64,000 nt of DNA from Candidatus Hydrogenedentota bacterium (GTDB lineage: Bacteria; Hydrogenedentota; Hydrogenedentia; Hydrogenedentales; SLHB01), in the NCBI GenBank assembly GCA_045863335.1, contig BTVY01000010.1, positions 14,255 through 78,254 of the forward strand. Reading direction: 5' to 3'. The notes under the pieces were generated by a model. It had not been told where the DNA came from. It did no database searches and was given only the letters and a program-made list of their open reading frames with translations. This document shows positions 59,466 to 64,000 of this stretch, one piece after another; position 1 is the first letter of the stretch; every line of letters starts with the position of its first letter. Position numbers and translations under genes: made by a program.

Positions 59466-60029
59466 ATGGCTTCTCAACCGGAAATCGTCATCGAGTACGA
59501 CGTGGCCGAGGATGAACGTGTTGTGGAGATCCGGGGTAACTGGCAGTCGTTTGCGGAAGCAAACGGCGCTCCCGCGCTATCGGTCGATGCGGTTGTGGGA
59601 CATCCTTTGTTGAGCTTTTTCGAGGGTTCCGACGTCCGGGAGATGTACCGGATGATCCTCCACCGTATCCGGGAACGCGGGAAACCGTTCAGCCTGCAGT
59701 TCAAGTGCGACGACCGCGACCACGAGCGATTGTTCCGGCTGGTCGTGTCCAAACCCGATGAACGCACTGTACGCTTCTCGTCCACATTGCTGCAGGAACA
59801 GACTCGGGCACCCGTGCATTTGTTTGACGGCAACGTGCCACGGTCGGAGGAGTTTCTGTCCGTCTGCAGTGTGTGCAAGCAAGTGGATTGCGATGGCGAA
59901 TGGCTCCCGGTCGAAGAGGTGGTGGCGAAACTCCACCTCATGGAACGCGACGTGTTGCCGCAGCTTTCCCATGGACTTTGCCCGGCCTGTTTCGAGCGGA
60001 CCATGCGGGAACTGGACGAATCGGCCTGA
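59466..60029 (+). CDS. Hypothetical protein with PAS-like N-terminal region and C-terminal Cys/His metal-binding motif
   Basis: WQSFAEANGA...VVGHPL; CSVCK ... SHGLCPAC. Confidence 0.65.
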   Translation: MASQPEIVIEYDVAEDERVVEIRGNWQSFAEANGAPALSVDAVVGHPLLSFFEGSDVREMYRMILHRIRERGKPFSLQFKCDDRDHERLFRLVVSKPDERTVRFSSTLLQEQTRAPVHLFDGNVPRSEEFLSVCSVCKQVDCDGEWLPVEEVVAKLHLMERDVLPQLSHGLCPACFERTMRELDESA

Positions 60030-60036
60030 TAGCGGG

Positions 60037-60111
60037 CTACCCCGAGTTTCTCACCGCCCCGCAACGCCACCTTCGTGACAAAGCATTAAAAGCGGTGAGA
60101 AATCCGGGCTA
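60037..60111. mobile_element. 75-bp MITE-like element with terminal inverted repeats, CTA at both ends
   Basis: CTACCCCGAGTTTCTCACCGC...GCGGTGAGAAATCCGGGCTA; internal CGCCACCTTCGTGACAA shared with 29786-29854. Confidence 0.7.
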
Positions 60112-60858
60112 TTGGCTGCTTTCGTCCTTCACCGCCTCCCCGCGCGTGAGCGGGACGAATCGTACCGCGAGCACGCTGCGCTGCGTGACCGTGCCGTCGG
60201 CGTTCTTCTCCAGTAGAAACAGTTGCTGATTGCCGAAGGGCGGACCGACGGGGATGACCATGCGCGCGCCGGGTTTGAGTTGTTCCACAAGTGGTGGCGG
60301 TATGTGACTCGCCGCCGCGGTAACGACAATCCCGTCGAACGGCGCGTACTCTTTCCAACCGAAGTAGCCGTCGCCGGATTTCGTTTCAACGGTGTCGTAC
60401 TCTAGAGCGGCAAGACGCTTCTTCGCGGACATCGCCAACGGTTCCACAATCTCAATGGTGTAGACCTTTTCCACAATTTCTGCGAGTACCGCCGCTTGAT
60501 AGCCAGAACCGGTACCGATTTCGAGCACCACGTCATCGGCATCGACCTGGAGCAACTCCGTCATGAGCGCGACGATGTAGGGCTGGGATATCGTCTGGCC
60601 GTGGCCAATCGGCAGCGGAGTGTCCGCGTACGCCTGATTCTGCTGCGATTCCGACACGAACTCGTGACGCGGCACGGCGCGCATGGCGTCGAGAACCACG
60701 TTATCGGTCACACCACGCCGACCGAAGAAACCATCTTTCGCGATATCTTCTTTGACCATGCGTTCGCGGGCTTCCACAAAGCGGGGCGAATCCTGAGCGA
60801 GCGCGGGAACGGACATCGCAAACACCAATGCGGCACACGGTGCAATAGCGCTTCTCAT
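60109..60858 (-). CDS. pcm: Protein-L-isoaspartate O-methyltransferase with N-terminal signal peptide
   Basis: VPRHEFV, AYADTPLPIGHGQTISQPYIVA, LEIGTGSGYQAA, GDGYFGW..APFD, VRFVPL; leader MRSAIAPCAALVFAMSVPALA. Confidence 0.95.
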   Translation of the reverse strand: MRSAIAPCAALVFAMSVPALAQDSPRFVEARERMVKEDIAKDGFFGRRGVTDNVVLDAMRAVPRHEFVSESQQNQAYADTPLPIGHGQTISQPYIVALMTELLQVDADDVVLEIGTGSGYQAAVLAEIVEKVYTIEIVEPLAMSAKKRLAALEYDTVETKSGDGYFGWKEYAPFDGIVVTAAASHIPPPLVEQLKPGARMVIPVGPPFGNQQLFLLEKNADGTVTQRSVLAVRFVPLTRGEAVKDESSQ

Positions 60859-61139
60859 GAGTGGCTCCTTTCCAACATACGATTCGTGCGCAGCGGCCGT
60901 GCCGGCACGGTTGGTGGCGCGCCCATTCAGCACAACACGTGGCGCGAACTGTGTCAAGTCCTGCAGTCGCACCTTGGCCAAAACCGGTTTTTCCGCGTAC
61001 AATGAAGGTGTAGGCGCCTGCTCGTGAGACACGAGAAGCGTCACAGGCGGGAACGTCTTGGCGCACAACCGTTTCCGCATGTCGGCGAAACCCGGCCGCA
61101 AGGATGCGGGTCGGATCAACAGAACGCAGGATGTGGTCC

Positions 61140-62066
61140 ATGAAGTACAACCTGACTATCTTTTCACCCTTGGCGCGCCGCCCCGTTATCTCCGCTTTCG
61201 CTCTTGTTGTTGCGCTATCGCTCGCGGGTTGTCCCAACGGTGGAACGCCTTCAGATGCTTTTGAGGTGACGTACGACGTTCCCTATGCCGTCGCAAACTA
61301 TTCGCCGACGGCCGCACAGACGACCTGGGAAGAGAAGACCCTGTACCTCGATGTGTACGAACCGACGGACGAAGCGAAGGCGCCCCGTCGCGCATTAATC
61401 CTCATGCACGGCGGCAGTTTTCTTGAAAATGGCAAAGACAACGAACGCATGGTCGAGTGGGCCTCGTACTTCGCGAACCGCGGCTTCGTCGTGTTTTCCA
61501 TCGACTATCGCTTAATCGGCGACTTTCCGCCCTCGCCCCTGTATTGGGAGACGTCCTTCCTGCCGGACGCCGCGCACGCGGCGACGGTGGATGCCAAGGC
61601 GGCGGTCCGCTTCGTTCGGGCGAATGCACTTTCTTATAACGTCGACTCGAACCGGATTGCCTTTCTTGGCGAATCGGCTGGCGCGATTGCCGGCGCAGGC
61701 GTTGCGTATACCGATTCGGACGACCTCGCGTCGGACGGGCAATCCTTTCCGATCCCCGCGTTCAACAATCCCGGTGTCTCCGCACGCGTGAACGCCTACA
61801 TTCATTTCTGGGGCAACGCGGACCACGTGCTGTCCGACGTGGACAAGAACGATCCGCCCACGATGATCGTGCATGGCAACGAGGACGACGTGTTCCTGAC
61901 GCCCTTCGAAGCAGCGGAACGTCTGAACTTCCTGCTCGACCTTCTCGATGTGCCCAACGAGTTCTACGAGGCCGACGGCTTCGGCCACAGCGCCTGGAAC
62001 TACCGTCTCCGCGGCAAAAGCCTGGAACGGCTCACCTGGGAATTCCTGCAAGACTACATGCCGTAG
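61140..62066 (+). CDS. Alpha/beta hydrolase (carboxylesterase) lipoprotein
   Basis: Lipobox LAGC; HGGSF, IDYRL, GESAG, HGNED, GFGH. Confidence 0.88.
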   Translation: MKYNLTIFSPLARRPVISAFALVVALSLAGCPNGGTPSDAFEVTYDVPYAVANYSPTAAQTTWEEKTLYLDVYEPTDEAKAPRRALILMHGGSFLENGKDNERMVEWASYFANRGFVVFSIDYRLIGDFPPSPLYWETSFLPDAAHAATVDAKAAVRFVRANALSYNVDSNRIAFLGESAGAIAGAGVAYTDSDDLASDGQSFPIPAFNNPGVSARVNAYIHFWGNADHVLSDVDKNDPPTMIVHGNEDDVFLTPFEAAERLNFLLDLLDVPNEFYEADGFGHSAWNYRLRGKSLERLTWEFLQDYMP

Positions 62067-62159
62067 GATACGCCGCCGCGCCTTCACGTAAAGGAATCAT
62101 CCCTCTCTTTCACAAGTTCTCTGTAGTAGGTGGTACTGGCTCTTGAGAGGTTTCCGAAC

Positions 62160-63434
62160 GTGAATATCGTCATGATCACCAACACGTACCTGCCCATGCT
62201 GGGCGGCGTGGCGAAATCCGTCGACCGCTTTGTGCGGGAGTATCGCAAGAGCGGTCACGATGTCCTAGTGGTCGCGCCGACATTTGAGGGCGCTAAGAAC
62301 AGTGAACCGGGCGTTGTGCGGGTACCTGCGATTCAGAATTTCAACGGCAGCGATTTCTCGGTTGCCCTCCCGGTGCCGCTTCTGCTGAAGAATGCGCTGG
62401 ACGATTTCAAGCCCGACATCATCCACTCCCATCACCCGTTTTTGCTGGGTGACGTGGCGCTGCGGCAGGCGGCGTCGCGGCAGCTCCCGCTGGTCTTCAC
62501 GCACCACACCATGTACGAGCATTACACCCACTACGTGCCCGGTGACGCGGACGTGCTGCAAGCCCTCGCGCGGGAGATGTGCGCCGTGTACGCGGGCCGT
62601 TGCGATCACGTCATTGCACCCAGCAGCAGCGTGAAAGAGGTGCTTCACGATCACGACGTGGAGACGCCCATCACCGTGATCCCCACCGGCGTGGACACGG
62701 AGCAATTTGCTTCCGGCGACGGCGCGGCCTTCCGGCGCGAACACGACATTCCGGACGAGGCCTTCGTCGTCGGTCACCTCGGCCGCCTCGCGCCGGAGAA
62801 GAATCTGCGCTTCCTGACTGAGGCCGCAATTGGTTTTCTTCAAAGCCGAAAACAAGCCCATTTACTCGTGGTTGGTGACGGGCCGGAGCGCGAAACGCTC
62901 GCCGATATGACCGCTGACGCTGGCGTCGCAGACCGCACGCACCTGACCGGCGCGCTTGACGGGCAGAAGGTCGTCGACGCGTACCACGCCATGGACGTGT
63001 TCGCTTTCGCATCGAAGTCCGAGACGCAAGGGATGGTGCTCGTGGAGGCCATGGCCGCGGGCACGCCCGTGGTCGCGCTGGAGGCCTTCGGAGTGTGCGA
63101 CGTCCTGCGCGACCGAGAGAACGGCGTCCTCGTGCGCAAAGAATATGCGACCGCTTTCGTCGAAGGCTTGGAATGGGTCGCTTCACGGAACAAAAAGACG
63201 CGCGCGGCGCTACGAAAGTCTGCCTTCGCCACGGCGTCCGAATTCACCGTGAAACAGTGCGCCTACAAAGCGCTCGAAGTCTACAAAGCGGCAATCCTCG
63301 ACGCCCCCCGCGACCGCGACGACGAGTTCCCCCAATGGGCCGGCCTCCTCCGCGCCATGGAAGAGCAATGGAAACTCTGGTCCGACCGCATCTCCGCTGC
63401 CACCGAAGCCATCCAGAAAGGCGGGGAGGAATGA
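62160..63434 (+). CDS. GT4 glycosyltransferase (diacylglycerol glucosyltransferase-like)
   Basis: TNTYLP..GGV, HSHHPF, FTHHT.YE.Y.HY, GRLAPEKN, SETQGMVLVEAMAAG. Confidence 0.9.
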   Translation: MNIVMITNTYLPMLGGVAKSVDRFVREYRKSGHDVLVVAPTFEGAKNSEPGVVRVPAIQNFNGSDFSVALPVPLLLKNALDDFKPDIIHSHHPFLLGDVALRQAASRQLPLVFTHHTMYEHYTHYVPGDADVLQALAREMCAVYAGRCDHVIAPSSSVKEVLHDHDVETPITVIPTGVDTEQFASGDGAAFRREHDIPDEAFVVGHLGRLAPEKNLRFLTEAAIGFLQSRKQAHLLVVGDGPERETLADMTADAGVADRTHLTGALDGQKVVDAYHAMDVFAFASKSETQGMVLVEAMAAGTPVVALEAFGVCDVLRDRENGVLVRKEYATAFVEGLEWVASRNKKTRAALRKSAFATASEFTVKQCAYKALEVYKAAILDAPRDRDDEFPQWAGLLRAMEEQWKLWSDRISAATEAIQKGGEE

Positions 63435-63477
63435 CTGCAAACCATCGACGATAAGTTCAAGTCGCAGCGCTGAAACC

Positions 63478-63534
63478 AAATTCGAAATCCGAAGCACGAA
63501 ATCCGAAACAAATTCGAATGACCAAAATCCGAAA
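63478..63534 (+). repeat. Single arm of the 7-bp tandem-repeat element
   Basis: AAATTCG AAATCCG AAGCACG AAATCCG AAACAAATTCG; matches the arms at 876-1078. Confidence 0.8.
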
Positions 63535-63629
63535 GAGCACAGCCAAACGGATCCCCGTGGCGTGTGCGTCCTCGCCCAAGATACTGCCACACCCGTTTCA
63601 CGAGGTCGGCGGATAGGACCGACCCCGAG

Positions 63630-63682
63630 GTGCCATGGGCATCCTGCCCATGATCCCCATCACGGGCTTCCAGCCCGTGACG
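63630..63682. repeat. REP-like short palindromes
   Basis: CATGGGC-ATCCT-GCCCATG and TCACGGGCT-TCC-AGCCCGTGA. Confidence 0.55.
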
Positions 63683-63740
63683 CGGATTGATCGGATGGTT
63701 TCAAAGGCTACGCTGCATGCAGTCGACGTCTTGAATCCTG

Positions 63741-63884
63741 CTAATCCCGATTTTTCGGAGCGGGCGGAGGCGGGGGTACCACGTGCTTCGTAGGAATAAC
63801 CGGTTTATCGGGTGGTGGATTATACCCACCGCGTGGTTCGCAGCTACCGGCGGCGGATCTGCGACGGTTTTTGGACTCAGTCAT
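63741..63884 (-). CDS. Unannotated 47-aa Pro-rich peptide (GGYNPPP...PPPPPAP)
   Basis: Manually translated MTESKNRRRSAAGSCEPRGGYNPPPDKPVIPTKHVVPPPPPAPKNRD*; start overlaps the stop of the upstream ORF by 8 bp. Confidence 0.55.
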   Translation of the reverse strand: MTESKNRRRSAAGSCEPRGGYNPPPDKPVIPTKHVVPPPPPAPKNRD

Positions 63885-63999
63885 CTTCTTCACCATTTTC
63901 CGCGCTTGTTTCCTTCAAGAACTCGATAGTTTCGATTATTTCCTTCGTAATCAGTATAGCAAGCGATGCAACAGGCGAGAATTGTGGTGGTGGGGTGGC
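63877..63999 (-). CDS. C-terminus of a gene entering from the right edge, DUF6338-like
   Basis: Open frame ...FSPVASLAILITKEIIETIEFLKETSAENGEEDD*; ending resembles the ILI...I..IEF terminus I recall for DUF6338. Confidence 0.45.
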   Translation of the reverse strand, partial: ATPPPQFSPVASLAILITKEIIETIEFLKETSAENGEEDD

Positions 64000-64000
64000 A

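Noticed and set aside
63210-63601. Minus-strand ORFs with FEFVSDFVLRISN
   Set aside because: Translation of the heptamer repeat arm plus antisense of the GT4 gene

Overview
GC-rich bacterial chromosomal window, densely coding, with no rRNA, tRNA, CRISPR array or intact transposase recognised. Its lineage is plausibly Candidatus Hydrogenedentota or another PVC-like group (inference from the H-X9-DG protein and LAGCP lipoprotein). Housekeeping content: clpA (partial)-aat, a delta-9-type desaturase, a solo groEL with a perfect CIRCE, a complete V/A-type ATPase operon with a Na+-type c subunit preceded by an AtpI-like gene, metG, comEC, fadN-fadA and pcm. Accessory content: a GT2/LAB_N/ArnT envelope-modification triad, a MarR-DoxX-pirin stress unit, a Phd-VapC toxin-antitoxin pair and several exported glycan-active enzymes. 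The standout is a ~9.7 kb minus-strand osmoadaptation locus (41710-51393). It runs: atypical sigma54 enhancer-binding protein, palindromic enhancer sites, sigma54 -24/-12 promoter, stand-alone degenerate receiver protein, an unannotated 44-aa zinc ribbon, ectABCD, ehuBCDA, SAM methyltransferase. Reading intergenic DNA also revealed small genes below the ORF-track cutoff: 45 aa and 47 aa genes each with their own promoter, RBS and terminator, and a 47-aa Pro-rich peptide coupled to a DUF6338-like gene. At least five families of inverted-repeat/MITE-like elements are present, three of them inside operons.
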